Assembly: GCF_016432865.1 (NCBI RefSeq)
Contig: NC_067399.1
Span: 57,102,001-57,166,000, forward strand
Direction: 5' to 3'
DNA: 64,000 nucleotides
Origin: Antechinus flavipes
Lineage: Eukaryota
In this document: in pieces, positions 36,941 through 50,225 of the stretch
How the letters are laid out: the number at the start of each line of letters is the position of its first letter
Numbering within the stretch: the first letter of the stretch is position 1
Translations under genes and position numbers: made by a program
Notes under the pieces: generated by a model
Database searches by the model: none
Seen by the model: only the letters and a program-made list of their open reading frames with translations
What the model was told of the DNA's origin: nothing

Positions 36941-38794
36941 CTGGATATAGAGATTTAGGAGCCAACTGAATAATAGGTTGGCTAGTCAGCTGCATGGGGA
37001 TGGTACTTGAATCCATACTTGTAAGTTTAGCCAGGAAGAAAATGTTTTAAGTAGAAAAAAGAAAATATGGCCTATGCTAGAATCTTGGTAGGGGTGGGAT
37101 GAGAAATGGAAGGTGAACCATAGAAATATTCTGAAAGGAAGTGGTAGGGCAGGAGGGAGGAGAACCCATGTTAATTCATGGTTCAGAACCAAAGCTCTAA
37201 GTTTACATAGATTTGGTTCAATTTGGGGGAGGGGGGGGCTTTGAAGTAACGTATTCTTTACACCTAACCTTTAACTAATTTCTCCTGGGAGCATCATAAC
37301 TTGATTTATGTTTAAGTCTTCACAGCAAAAGAAAAATGGCCTTTAATTCCCATGCAAATACTTAGTTTAACAAAACATTGAATGTAAAGATTCTTTTTTT
37401 TCTTCGTCACTCTTATACAAATAAATTTACTTGGGCCAACAAATAGTCAAAAAAACCTTTCATTTTCTGGTGAACCAGGTCTGTACAAGGACCTTTATAA
37501 TGCATCCAACTTAAAATACAACCATGGGAAGACACTGCTCCAATCCCTGAAACATAGGAAAAAAACAGCGTTTCCAGAGTCAAACAACACCCCTTCCAGG
37601 GGAGCTTCCCCTTCCAAGAGCTCTATATAGTCTTCCAGACTTACAGTAACATCCTGAATGGGAATCCTCTACTAAAGGAAGAAAAATAAGGGCAACAAAG
37701 GAGTGATAATGTTACCCCACGCCATCCTCCACCACCCAAAGTCTCCTTAATTAGCAGTAACATTGACGGGAAAGGTTAAGGTTGTTCTTGCACGGTGGCT
37801 GCTTCCTTTGCTGCTCCTTGCCCCCAGCTCCGGTTCGGCCCAGGATCTCCTCGCTGGGCCCCAAATCTCTGCTGCTTGTCCCAGAGAACCTTCCCCTTAG
37901 CCCAGGAATTGTCCTTCCTGTCCACTCTCTGTGCTAACCGGGGGACTGCACGGCCTGCTGGGTTTCATGAATGTGTAAATTTGTCTGGAAAATTGATTCT
38001 GAGGTTCTCTCCCTGTATCTCTCCACCTTTCAATCTGTTCTTTAAAAGTCATTTGCCAAGCCTGTGTCCTGGACATATGAACTATGAATTATCAATCAGG
38101 CATTAACAATTGGGTATTTATGGGGTCACGATTACCCAGGAAGAGACAAAGAACTCGAACGCTGACAAAGAAGCATTGTGATAACCCAAAGTCTTTGGTG
38201 AGGATGATGATGACTTGGATCTTTTATGACGGATACATTATCAATCCCCAAACAAAAGACTCTGTCAGTGAAGCAATTCATCAACAATCAGACTCAGGAC
38301 AATGTGCGGGTACAGCTTCTGCATTCTCCCACTAGTTAAAAAGTTACAAGTCCCGGCAAATTGTCCCAGTGTGCTTTTGGGAACATTGGCTGATAGCCCC
38401 AGTGCTGGGGCTCTCTGTGGGGACCTGGGAGAGGCTCCACATTACCAGACAATCTGCCCAATACAAGAACAGTATTTCCTTGCTCTTGAATATCCTTCCT
38501 ATAATTTATACTCCCCCAGAGTCAATGAGCATCCCTAGTTTTTTTTTAAATAGTGCATTCTTCACAGTCCAGAGGCACTCCCCCCAAAACAGCAGTTCTT
38601 CATGAGAGTCTAATCTTCACAAATGGATGACCAAGTTATTATTTGTTCTTAATGCAGAATGGTAAGTGCTGAGTCCTTACCTCCCCTGGCAAGGATAAAG
38701 AGCTTAGAGTTGTGAGCTTTAGAGTAGGTGAACCTCATCCTCCCCCAAGGATCTAGTCAGTCTTTCATACTTGTAGTAATACCCTGGGTTCCCC

Positions 38795-39052
38795 NNNNNN
38801 NNNNNNNNNNNNNNNNNNNNNNNNNNNNNNNNNNNNNNNNNNNNNNNNNNNNNNNNNNNNNNNNNNNNNNNNNNNNNNNNNNNNNNNNNNNNNNNNNNNN
38901 NNNNNNNNNNNNNNNNNNNNNNNNNNNNNNNNNNNNNNNNNNNNNNNNNNNNNNNNNNNNNNNNNNNNNNNNNNNNNNNNNNNNNNNNNNNNNNNNNNNN
39001 NNNNNNNNNNNNNNNNNNNNNNNNNNNNNNNNNNNNNNNNNNNNNNNNNNNN
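38795..39052. other. Assembly gap (258 N)
   Basis: N run. Confidence 1.
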
Positions 39053-40099
39053 TTCAAGTCAATAGATTCAACTTCACCTGAAACTTCACAATCCACAAAA
39101 TTCACTATATTAGTGGAGGGCAAGATCTGGATTTTTCTAGCATTTTATTACTCTTCTCTTTGTTGATCTCAGCTTCAGATTCCACATGATCCAGGAACAT
39201 TCTCCTCCCAAAGAAAAGTGAGTATGGGAGTTCAAAATATTCTGAGGACTGACAAAAGATCATGGAACTTGGCAACATTGATCAAATGTGTTGATTTGTT
39301 TTCCTTGATTATATTTATTTGTGACAAGGAGGGGGAGTTTGGGGGAGCTGAGTTATTGAGTATTGATAGAGATGAAAGAAAAAGAATGAAAAGGACATCA
39401 GTGAAACATTTTAAAAATGAACAGAAAGAAAAAAAAAAAGACCTTCCATGAATGAGCATAATCTATTTTATTAAATTGAAAAAGTATTTTTTAAATTACA
39501 GAAGTTCAATGGCCAATATGCAATCTTCTTTTTTGTTCTTTGTATTTAGAACTGTATATATTTGTTAATAACTTTTAAGAAAATAACAAAAGAAAGATTT
39601 TTTAAAATCATTGTTATCCTTGACAGAACAATTTCAGCAGAGTGCTAGAACTAATACTCAGGTTACAAGTGGTAAAGTGGGTGATGAGTAAATGGAGGTA
39701 AAGAGAGCAAATAACCCTTTTTAGAAAGAGTGTAAAAGAAAGAATTAAAAAATAGGGTGGTGACTTGGGATGTCGGCAGGGTCAAGTGAATATTTTTAAA
39801 GACAGGAACAATGAGGTTTGTTATTGTTAGTAAGTTTGTTGATCAATCTTTTCAGTTATGTCTAATGTTTCATGATTTCAGTTGGTTTTCTTAGTGTGAT
39901 TAAGACCCTCACCGGCTTTCCTACAACTGAGCTGAACTAAACACCCTTTTCACCCCAGTGAGACTAACCTTTATTGAAATTTTTTCAGTTTATTTTGAGC
40001 TGGAGAGTGATTTTGTTCCATCAGACTGTTCAGAGGCTTGGTTTCATGCGGTTTTCGAGGGAAAGTGGGAGAACTCAAGCAGCTTCCTGATTTTACTTC

Positions 40100-40265
40100 G
40101 CCATCTTGGCTTCTTGGGGTTTTCTTGGAAAAGACACTGGAGTAATTTGCCATTTCTTTCTCCAGCTCATTTGACAGATAAAGAAACTGAGGCAAACAGA
40201 GAATTAAGTGGCTCACAGCTAGTAAGTGTCTTGGTGCTCTACCTACTGAGTCACCTAGCTGCCCT
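40100..40265 (-). mobile_element. MAR1-type SINE
   Basis: ggggttttcttggaaaagacactggagtaatttgccatttc...cagataaagaaactgaggc. Confidence 0.7.
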
Positions 40266-40559
40266 ATAATCGGAGAAGGAGTTGAAGATAAGAGAGAGAG
40301 AGGCAGTGATGTTCAGATATGGAATCAAAGGACCCAAGTTTGCATTTTGCACCTGTAACTTACTACTTGTGTGGCTTTGAGCAAGTCAGTCAACCCTCTG
40401 GGACTGTTCTCTCATCTGTTAAATGAGGAAAAATAAAGTGACATCTAACATCTCTTCTCCGGCTAAATCTATAATCCTATGATGAATGTGGTAAACCCCC
40501 AGAAGGGAAGGGAGGTGATGGGATCAAGGATATAGGAAGACGATTTGGCCTCTAGAAAG

Positions 40560-41420
40560 AAAAAGGCAAGCTCTTGCTCAAAAACTGATGCAGAGGAGAG
40601 GATGGGTTTTGAGCTGTGGAGGAGGGGACATGAGGGAGTTCAGGAAGGATAGCCCAAAGTGTCTTTGGAAGGGAGGAGACAAGGTCATTTACCGAAAGGA
40701 AGAGGGATGGAAGGGATTGTTGAGGAATTGGGGAGAAGGAAGGCTTGGCGCAATCGCTGTGGGTAAAGATGGTGGAGTCTGCCAGGGAAAAACAAAGGGG
40801 ATTATAAGGGGAAAGAAAAGGGTTTCTGTGAAGCTCCCAGAGCCCAGCTGAGGTGAATCAGCACGGATATGGAGCGGTCCTGCTCGGCTGCTGTTTAGCA
40901 GCATGCAATGGGCGTAGGGGAGGAGTACAGGTGACCCAGGATTGACAACTGGCAGGATAAATGTGAGATGACTGGAAGAAAGGGAAGTGGGGGGGGGTGA
41001 GGAGGTGGGAGAGATGGGAGGAGGTGGGGAAAGGCTCATCAACAATGTTGGAGACAAGCTTCATGTTTCAGGCAGAAACTGGTGATCCATGCAGCTCTAA
41101 AGATTCCATAATTCTGTCAGAGGAGAAAAATGGGAACAAGACAGGGAAAGAGAAGGAGGAAGGGGAATGCCAAGAGGGGATCGAGACACGAGAGCAAGGA
41201 GAATTCTGAGATGCCACTGCAGAGTAGGACTCCAAATTTCAGACAGGTAGAGGCTGTCGGGGTTTCCCCGTGAAAGGGTCAGTCTTTGAGAGGACATCAG
41301 CCTGGGCTCTGAGAATGCAGGAAGAGGTAAGCCAGGAGTGGAGAGATCAGCTGTGAGGTTGCCGGTGAGGGAGCTGGCCCCAGAGGCTTCCCAGGGAGGT
41401 TTTGTGCTGAACATTCTTCG
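40560..41420 (-). mobile_element. L2 ORF2 remnant
   Basis: Minus-strand TAAEQ...LIHLSWALGASQKPFFFPLI resembles L2 RAAER...SNLNWALTAAKQSFYSSLI. Confidence 0.6.
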
Positions 41421-42129
41421 TTATTACTGAGGGTGGCTTTGAACAGAGTGGGATCAGTGGAACCCGTACAAACATCGACTTGCCCACGTAGTCTCCTGGG
41501 AAATCTCTCCCTTTGAAAATGTCAGAGATGCTTGGCTATTGGGTGCATGTTTAAAGTTGCCCTCAGGGTTGGTCCAGTACTTGGGACAAGATGAATGCAC
41601 TTATCCTTGTGCATTATAGTTATCTCTGTCGCTTCTCCAGATAGATTTCTAGAAGATAGAAGCGGCATTGAAGAGAACAGAGAATGATGGGGAAAGGTGC
41701 AGGGGATGGAGGGTGGGGGTGCACTGAGGGAATACAATGAAGAAGGTGTTGAAGTGACCTAATTTGAGGGCATTGGAGGCAAGGATCCTCAAGGAATAAG
41801 AAGGAGGGAAAAATACATAAGGTACAGTATTAATAGCAAATTAGCATCAATTACACCATCTGTCTACTTTCCCGTCTGTATACACTTTTATGAGAACCAT
41901 TACTCAGGCATGGAGGGCATCCTTGAGGAAAGTATTAGAATAGGAAAATAGGCAGTCTTTCCCAAGTGATATTGCACAATAGACTCCATCTTTATCAGCC
42001 CAGGCTGACTGAAAGACAGAAAATAGAAAATCTCATCATAATTATTGGTTGTCATCTATTTAAAATAAAACCCCAAAACATGCGATTTGTTACAGCACAA
42101 AACCCTACCCTGAAGGCTGCTTTCCATAC

Positions 42130-42254
42130 AAAACATTAAAATTACATGATTCCTTGAAAGATATAGCAATAGAGATAGACTTTTTGATGACTGAAAACAT
42201 TAAAATTATATGATTCCTTGAAAGGACAAATGGAGATAGCCTTTTTGGTGACCC
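42130..42254 (+). repeat. 64-bp tandem duplication
   Basis: aaaacattaaaatta(c/t)atgattccttgaaag at 42130 and 42194. Confidence 0.85.
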
Positions 42255-42669
42255 TGTGATCCTTAATATCAAATGAAGCATAAAACAGGGAGGTACATGT
42301 TTGCCAGAGGCGTTCACTAGTGTCACAGAGGTGGCTCAGAAGAGACTCTAAGTTGAAGAATTGATGATGAAGCCTTCCAGGTACATCTATTTACGTGGTG
42401 CTCTTTGTATCAAGCTTACATTAATGTACACATACTGATGGACAAGCTATGTAGAAGGACCATTTAACTGAATGGTCTTATATACAATAGATATTCTTCA
42501 TCCACTTAGTGTTTCTGTGTGGATGGTTAGATAACAATAACTCTTCTAGTAGTTATGTTTATATAAAATATTTGTGTATATATATACATGTAGACATAGG
42601 CCTACATTAGCACAATGCTGGGCACATGGTAAGTGCTTAATGAACATTCCTAAGTGTGTATTATGTAAG

Positions 42670-42717
<48 letters not shown>
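42670..42717 (+). repeat. (TA)n microsatellite
   Basis: Perfect TA run next to a gap. Confidence 0.95.
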
Positions 42718-42720
<3 letters not shown>

Positions 42721-42746
42721 CATATGTGCCTATAGATAGAGGTATA

Positions 42747-43065
42747 NNNNNNNNNNNNNNNNNNNNNNNNNNNNNNNNNNNNNNNNNNNNNNNNNNNNNN
42801 NNNNNNNNNNNNNNNNNNNNNNNNNNNNNNNNNNNNNNNNNNNNNNNNNNNNNNNNNNNNNNNNNNNNNNNNNNNNNNNNNNNNNNNNNNNNNNNNNNNN
42901 NNNNNNNNNNNNNNNNNNNNNNNNNNNNNNNNNNNNNNNNNNNNNNNNNNNNNNNNNNNNNNNNNNNNNNNNNNNNNNNNNNNNNNNNNNNNNNNNNNNN
43001 NNNNNNNNNNNNNNNNNNNNNNNNNNNNNNNNNNNNNNNNNNNNNNNNNNNNNNNNNNNNNNNNN
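42747..43065. other. Assembly gap (319 N)
   Basis: N run. Confidence 1.
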
Positions 43066-43579
43066 GATAGGACTAGATCCATGATTTGACTGATATAGGG
43101 AACCTCCTGGGAAAGGAAACCTCCTCTACCAGTCAGTGTAAGTTAGCACTTTCTCTTCAATTTTCAGTCATAAGTCATCTAGGTGGGCACCAAGGATAGA
43201 GTAACCAGCCTGAAATCAGGAAAAGCTGAGACTCTTATTACCTGTATGATCCCAAGCAAATCATATAACTTCTGTTTGCGTTAGCTTCCCCATCTGCAAA
43301 ATGGGGATAATAGCAGCATCTACCTCCCAGGGTCATTGGAGGGATCAAATGAGGAAGTAATTGTAAAATGCCTGGCACATAGTAAGTGCTACAGAAATGC
43401 CAGCCATTTCTTCTTATTCTTATTATCATTATCATTATTGTTGTTACCCACAGTTTCAGAACTTGTTACTTGACTTGTCTTGACTTGACAACAATCTTGG
43501 ACTTGACAACATCAGAGCCAGGATGTATCAGTGCAGGGACTGGAACATCGGCCTTCCTGGCTTCTAGGCTGGCGCTTTC

Positions 43580-44290
43580 TATCATGTTATATATGTGTGT
43601 GGTATTCACATGTTTTTTAACATATTTAAACATGTATAACATCATATCCATGTATAAACATATGTTTTATTATGTGTTCAGACACACATAGAAATGAAAA
43701 GGCATTTATTCAGGGCTTATCATACACTAGGCACTGTGTATACAAATAAATATACATACAAGAGATATACAAATGCACATGTGAATATTATATATACACA
43801 TAAGTTATGATAAAAATGCAGATATTATATGTGCAAGAGATATGTGTGCACATGCAAAAATATACACATACGATATACATGCAATGTACAGATATGCACA
43901 TAAGATTTATACACAAAACACAAATACTGTATACATATGAGATATTATGTATACCCATATAAAATGCTATCCATGCACATACAAATATTTTATTAATGTA
44001 TATTATACATATATATGTATATATTATACATGTATAATGTATACATGTAATGTAATATAATATATTCTACATATATGAATATACATACAATACATACATG
44101 CGCAAAAGATATATACACATATACATATATACAACTATTGTATATACATGTTATACATATACTCATAAATATTTATATACATACAAGTATACACACTTAA
44201 GGTATACATACACAATAAACTATTATAGACCCAATAGCAGCTATACGTGTGTACATGTATATGTCCCTATATGAGTAAGCACACATATAT
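43580..44290 (+). repeat. Degenerate (TA/CA/TG)n low-complexity array
   Basis: Recurrent atatacacat/acatatgta words. Confidence 0.85.
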
Positions 44291-45364
44291 GTTGACCAGA
44301 CCTTTCCTGCAAATCACAACGGGTTAGGAGAAGCCATTTGGGAAATGGGAATGTTCTTCTCATGACCCCTTTTCCCCCTTGAAACAAAGGCCGCCCCTTT
44401 AACATCATTCTCATGATGGTGTTGTATGACTATGAGTCATGGTAGCCCAGGATGTCTCCCAAGAATTAATAATGAGCCTCCCCTTAAGAGCCATGGGCAG
44501 CGAAGAGGTGGATGTGAGCAAGCTGTAGCATCTTACAAAGGGAAAGCTAAGATTGTTACAGTGCTGACGACAGGGAGGGAAGGCCACTGGTTTGGGAACA
44601 GGAAGACCGTTCTCCACATTATGACTCCGCTGCCTGTGGGACCCCAGAAAAGTCAGTTACCAGCTTCAGGCCTTCGTTTCCTTATATGTGAATGAGAGCC
44701 CCGGACTGGGCCACGTCTGAGTGCTCCTCCAGCTCCTGACTGTGAGACAGCTAGCTCCCCCAAATGAGGTCCTGCATCTTTTCTCATTATTCCATCTCAG
44801 GGAAATCACAGTATTGCAAGCTCAGAGTTTGCAAGCAGCTAAGAACCTAGAATGTTAAAGCAGGAAGGAACCTTAAAATGCAGATTTTCAGTGTCAGAAA
44901 AGGCCCTTAGGCTCTATCTAATCACCTTCCTTATTGTACAAAGGAAAAAAGCAAGGTCCACAAAGGGGAAATATTTGATTAGGGTCCCATAGATAGTTAG
45001 GAAGTAAAGAAACAAGGTCTACTGTATATCAGGCACTGTGCTAAATGCTTTCACAAGTAATATTACATCCTCACATCAATCCTGTGAGGTGGGTGCTATT
45101 ATTATCATCCCCACTTTATAGCTGAAGAAACGGAGGCAAATAAGTTTTCCTGTGTCCAGGTTTAGCACTCCATCTACTGAACCACCTGGCTATGCAATAG
45201 CAACAAATAAAATATTCCTTGTTTTCTCTCAAGGGGCTGACTTTCTAATTCACAGGGTCATGGTGAGGGATATAAACCTTTAAGTTATATACTCATGAGT
45301 TGTTGTTTATTGTTGTTATTACTAATTATTTTGAGAAGTAGTTTATAATAGTAGAAAGAATATG

Positions 45365-45530
45365 GCTCTTAAATATTTTGAGAAGAATTGCACATGTTTA
45401 ACCTATATTGGATCACTTCCTGTTGAGGGGAGGAAGGGAGGAGAAAAATTTGGAACACAAGGTTTTGCTAGGGTGAATATTGAAAATTATCTTTGCATGT
45501 ATTTTGAAAAATAAAAAGCTATTATTTTTT
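45365..45530 (+). mobile_element. L1 3'-end fragment
   Basis: aaatttggaacacaaggttttgc...ttgaaaaataaaaagctatt. Confidence 0.75.
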
Positions 45531-45544
45531 TTAAAAGAATATGG

Positions 45545-45686
45545 GGGCAGCTAGTTGGTGTAGTGGATAGTACACCAGTCCTGAAGTCAGGAGGACCTGA
45601 GTTCAAATCTGATCTCAGATACTTAACACATCCTGACTGTGTGACCCTGGGCAAGTCACTTAACCTCAATTGCCTCAGAAAAACAG
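45545..45686 (+). mobile_element. Full-length WSINE1
   Basis: ggggcagctagttggtgtagtggatagtacaccagtcctgaagtcaggaggacctgagttc...aattgcctca; TSD gaatatgg at 45537-45544 and 45687-45694. Confidence 0.85.
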
Positions 45687-45894
45687 GAATATGGTTTCTA
45701 GGGTCAAACTGGTCTATCACATGAACTAACAATGTGACCTTAGAAGTTATAACTTCTCTTTAAGATGTAATGTCAGGGACAGCTATGTGGCAGAGTGGAT
45801 CAACCCTAGAATCAGAAGAACCTGAGTTCAAATCCATTCTCAGACACTTATTAGCCATGTGTTATTAGCCCAGGGCAGTTTTGTGACCCAGGAT

Positions 45895-46391
45895 NNNNNN
45901 NNNNNNNNNNNNNNNNNNNNNNNNNNNNNNNNNNNNNNNNNNNNNNNNNNNNNNNNNNNNNNNNNNNNNNNNNNNNNNNNNNNNNNNNNNNNNNNNNNNN
46001 NNNNNNNNNNNNNNNNNNNNNNNNNNNNNNNNNNNNNNNNNNNNNNNNNNNNNNNNNNNNNNNNNNNNNNNNNNNNNNNNNNNNNNNNNNNNNNNNNNNN
46101 NNNNNNNNNNNNNNNNNNNNNNNNNNNNNNNNNNNNNNNNNNNNNNNNNNNNNNNNNNNNNNNNNNNNNNNNNNNNNNNNNNNNNNNNNNNNNNNNNNNN
46201 NNNNNNNNNNNNNNNNNNNNNNNNNNNNNNNNNNNNNNNNNNNNNNNNNNNNNNNNNNNNNNNNNNNNNNNNNNNNNNNNNNNNNNNNNNNNNNNNNNNN
46301 NNNNNNNNNNNNNNNNNNNNNNNNNNNNNNNNNNNNNNNNNNNNNNNNNNNNNNNNNNNNNNNNNNNNNNNNNNNNNNNNNNNNNNNNNNN
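45895..46391. other. Assembly gap (497 N)
   Basis: N run. Confidence 1.
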
Positions 46392-47449
46392 TGGGCCTGA
46401 CTCAGGCCCACCAGCTGCCTGGTCCCCGGCAGGAGGTCCCTCACAGATGAGGAGGCCCAGTTTGACTGATGGTTCACACTGGCAGACAGTTCTGCCCTAA
46501 TTTAAGCCATCCAGATGCCCCTTTTTCTTTCCCAACCTAGATGGACGCCCCACCCCCACCCCACAGACACACTCCCTCAGCTTCCCAGCGATGCTCTGGG
46601 CACTAAGGCTCATGGAGAAGGGCACTTCCTGGGCAACCTGGGGCCAAAAGTACAGGAAAGGACATAAAGCCATTTGGAGAGTCGTTTGTCACTGTCCGTG
46701 GTGGGGAGGAAGGCGACTGGTTCGCTGCTGGGATTCTGGAGGCCAGGAGAGGCTGGAGTAATAAGGAACCAGAAATGGCTGGAGCAAGGGGGCAGATTTT
46801 TCTCTTCTTGAGCCCTGTATTCAACAGGTGAAGCTGCCATCTGTTCTTTCCCCCATCCTTGCCATGTGTCCTGCCCTGAAGTTTGGCTTTGGCCACAGCC
46901 GGAGAAACAGAAGCGAGAGAGACAGTGTAGGTAGGGCTCTGGGCGAGAGCTGTCTCAGAGCTAAAAAGGATCTTTGAATCGGGGGATTATTCCCATCCCA
47001 ATCAGCCCTAGACTTCCATTTTTTAAAATTGAATCAGAATGCATTCATTCATTCTTCATTCATTCATTCATTCATTAATAAGATTTCAGACATTATAAGG
47101 ATCCCCAGAAAGTACCAAGTCCAAGCTTCTCATGGGTAAAGACAGTGAAATTTAGAAAAGGGAGGTTTTATATATATATATATAGTATATTTCCTATACA
47201 GTTAGTAAGGGAGCGTTTATTAAGCCTTTACTTTGTACCAGGTACTAAGTTAAGCAGTGGGGATTCATAGAAAGACAAATACAAATCCTTATTCTCAGCT
47301 CATCTTTGAATTGAGGAGAAAAGAAGCAAAAAAAAAAAAAATTATGCAAGTACAAGATCTATACAAGGTGATAGAAGATAATCTCAGTGGGAAGACAATA
47401 ATAATGAGGAGGGAAATGCAGGACCAGGGAATTCCTTTCTTTTTTATAC

Positions 47450-48190
47450 ACTAATATTTATTTTTCAAAATACATGCAAAGCAAGATAATTGTATAAATA
47501 CATACGCATATGTTGGATTTAACATTTCTACTATGTTTAACATATATTGGACTACTTGCCATCTAGAGCAGGGGGTGAGGGAAAGAGGAGAAAATTGGAA
47601 CACAAGGTTTTACAAGGGTTAATGTTGAAAAATTATCCATGAATATGTTTTGAAAAATAAAAAACTTTAATTAAAAAAACAAAATACATGAAAAAATAAT
47701 TTTCAGCATTTATCTTTGCTAAACTTTGTATTCCAAATTGTTGTCCCTCTCTCCTTGCCTCTCCTCTCCCTAGACAGCAAGTAATCTAATTTGTTAAATG
47801 TATGCAATTCTTCTTTACATAGAATTATCATGCTGCACAAGAAAAATCAGATGAAAAAGGGGAAAAAATGAGAAAGAAAACAAAATGCAAGCAAATAACA
47901 ACAAAAAAGGTGAAAATCACAAGTCTATTGTCATGATCCTGAATCCTGAATCACCTCATTGTTGAAAAGAGCCACTTCCATAAGAATGGATCATTGTATA
48001 ATCTTATTGTTGCTGTATACAATGTTCTCTTGGTTCTGCTCACTTCACTCAGCATCAGTTCATCTAAGTCTCTCCAGACCTCTCTGAAATCATCTCACTG
48101 ATCATTTCTTATAGAAAAATAATATTCCGTTACATTTATATCCCATAACTTATTCAGCCATTCCCCCACTGATGGGCATCCATTCAAGTA
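47450..48190 (-). mobile_element. L1 3' region carrying a nested opposite-strand L1 3' fragment (~47480-47679)
   Basis: TSD caaaatacatg at 47466-47476 and 47680-47690. Confidence 0.75.
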
Positions 48191-49869
48191 ACAAAGTCCT
48201 TTCTAAACAACCTAGTGAGTCTGGTAATCAGTTCATCGACAAGCATTCCTTAAGGCTTACTATGTGCACTGTAACAGGTAGAGAGTATTATCCCCATTAT
48301 ACAGATGAGAAGACTGAGGTTTGGAGGAAAGGAAGTAACTTGGCTGTCATCAGGCATATAAGTAGAAGAACTAAAATTCAAGTCAGGTCTCTTGCTTCCA
48401 TATTCGGGCTCTTTATTATTATATCAGATTCCCTCTCTGAGAAGCAGAGACAGAAATTTTGATTAAGAAAGCTTCAGTGTTTTGTTGGGAGCATATGCTA
48501 AACAAAATGAACAATTTAAAAGATGTCATAAGTCAAACTAGAATAAAGTGCCAAAGGGAGTCGTTGGTTCACAGCCTGCAGAGGAGAGAGCCCTGAGTCT
48601 GGGGTGGTCAGAGAAAGCTTCCTGGGGGAGATTAAACATGAGTTGGGGCTTGAGAAATGGGCAGTCAGAGAAAGGGGAGCTGTACCTTCCAGACTCAGAG
48701 GAACAGCACGAGTAAAATTGGGAGGCAGGGACCAGCCAGGAGGCCTGTGGGAGCAAAAAAAAAAAAAAAAAAATTGGCCGGTATTTTGAGGAACTCTACG
48801 CTTTAAAGGATGTATCCATAAATAGCAATAACAGCCCCCCAAAGATGAGGAAATCATAGTTCGGAGAATTAGAGCTGGCACTACGGACCACAAGGTCACA
48901 GATTTGATCCTTATGTAGGTTGGCAAGCTGTACCCACAGATGGCATCCCTGACCCCAAACCACCTCGTGCCCTCCATCCCCAGAGGAGCCTGCAAGAGCA
49001 AAGACCTACAGACATTAGCTGCAGCTACTGGAAAACAACTCAGAACCTCTACCCTACTGAGGCTGGGTCAGGAGAAACTCGGGATATGAAGGAGCATAGA
49101 TTCTGAGATGTTATAAATGATTTATTCAGGCTTTCGGCAAATTAGTTAACATCTCTGTGCCTTGATTTCCCTGTCTGAAAATGAGAGGATGGAAATAGAT
49201 GGTCTCTAATCCATAAATAGCTTTTTACAGAGCTGGGGAATCAAACTTATTTGTTCAGATGCTGAGTCAAAAGCTCCTTCCCCTGCCCCACCTGGGTTCT
49301 TGTCCCTTACTCACTCACTAGCATTTAATTGCTCTTAATTGACTTGTGCCTTAATTGCTCTGAGTCTAAATTTCCACATCTGTAAAATAAAAGGGTTGTG
49401 CTGAATTTCCTCTAAGGTCCTTTCCAGCACTAATATTCTGCATTCTAATTGCTCATATTTCCAAATTACAAAGGTCTGGGTTTTTTTTTCTTTTTTGAGG
49501 AGGGAAGTATTTGTTTTTTATTTGTTTGTTTTTGCTTTTTGGGTGGTTTTTCTTTGTTTTTAACAACTTTTCAAAGGAAACCTTCTAGAAGTACTCTAAG
49601 AAATAAAAAGTTCCAGAGTTTCCACCTTCATTTTACAGATGGGGAAACAGGCTCACAGAAAGTCAGATGGGATACGCCTAGGGTACCAGAGTTGGGAATT
49701 TCTGACCCAGACTTTCTTAGTCAATACTTAGCTGTCTACATTAAACATTGCTGTATGACCTGTCTTCTAGCACAAACGGGTATTGTGATAGTGTTTTGTA
49801 ATGTCCCTTTCTGCTCAGACATTGTTTCCTAAAATCCATTCTAGATCTGATATTCTTTTTTTTAAATAA

Positions 49870-50225
49870 AATAAATAATTATAATAATTTTTAAAAATAA
49901 AAAACCTTAAAGTCTTTTATTTTCAAAATATGCATCGTTTTCAACACTCATCCTTGCAAAACCTTGTGTTCCAGATATTTTTCTCCCTCCTTTCCCTCCA
50001 CTCTCTCCCACAGACAGCAAGTAATGCAATATAGGTTAAACATGTGCTATTCCTTTTGTACATATTTCCACAATTATCAGATTGCACAAGAAAAATCAGA
50101 TCAAAAAGAAAAAAATGAGAAAGAAAACAAAATGCAAGCAAACAACAACAACAACAAAAATGAAAATATTATGTTGTGCTCCACATTCAGACCCCACAGT
50201 CCTCTCTCTGGGTACAGATGCTAGC
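49870..50225 (-). mobile_element. L1 3'-end fragment
   Basis: ttttcaaaatatgc...ccttgcaaaaccttgtgttccag...cacattcagaccccacagt. Confidence 0.8.

Noticed and set aside
38719-39123. ORFs spanning N gaps (also 13686-14095, 42717-43082, 45851-46500)
   Set aside because: Artefacts of X-translated gaps
45545-45620. tRNA-like sequences with A/B boxes (also 13705, 17520, 57331)
   Set aside because: They are the tRNA-derived heads of WSINE1/MAR1 SINEs, not tRNA genes
46603-46896. Possible coding exon in a GC-rich unique block
   Set aside because: No recognisable protein similarity in any frame; at most a regulatory element
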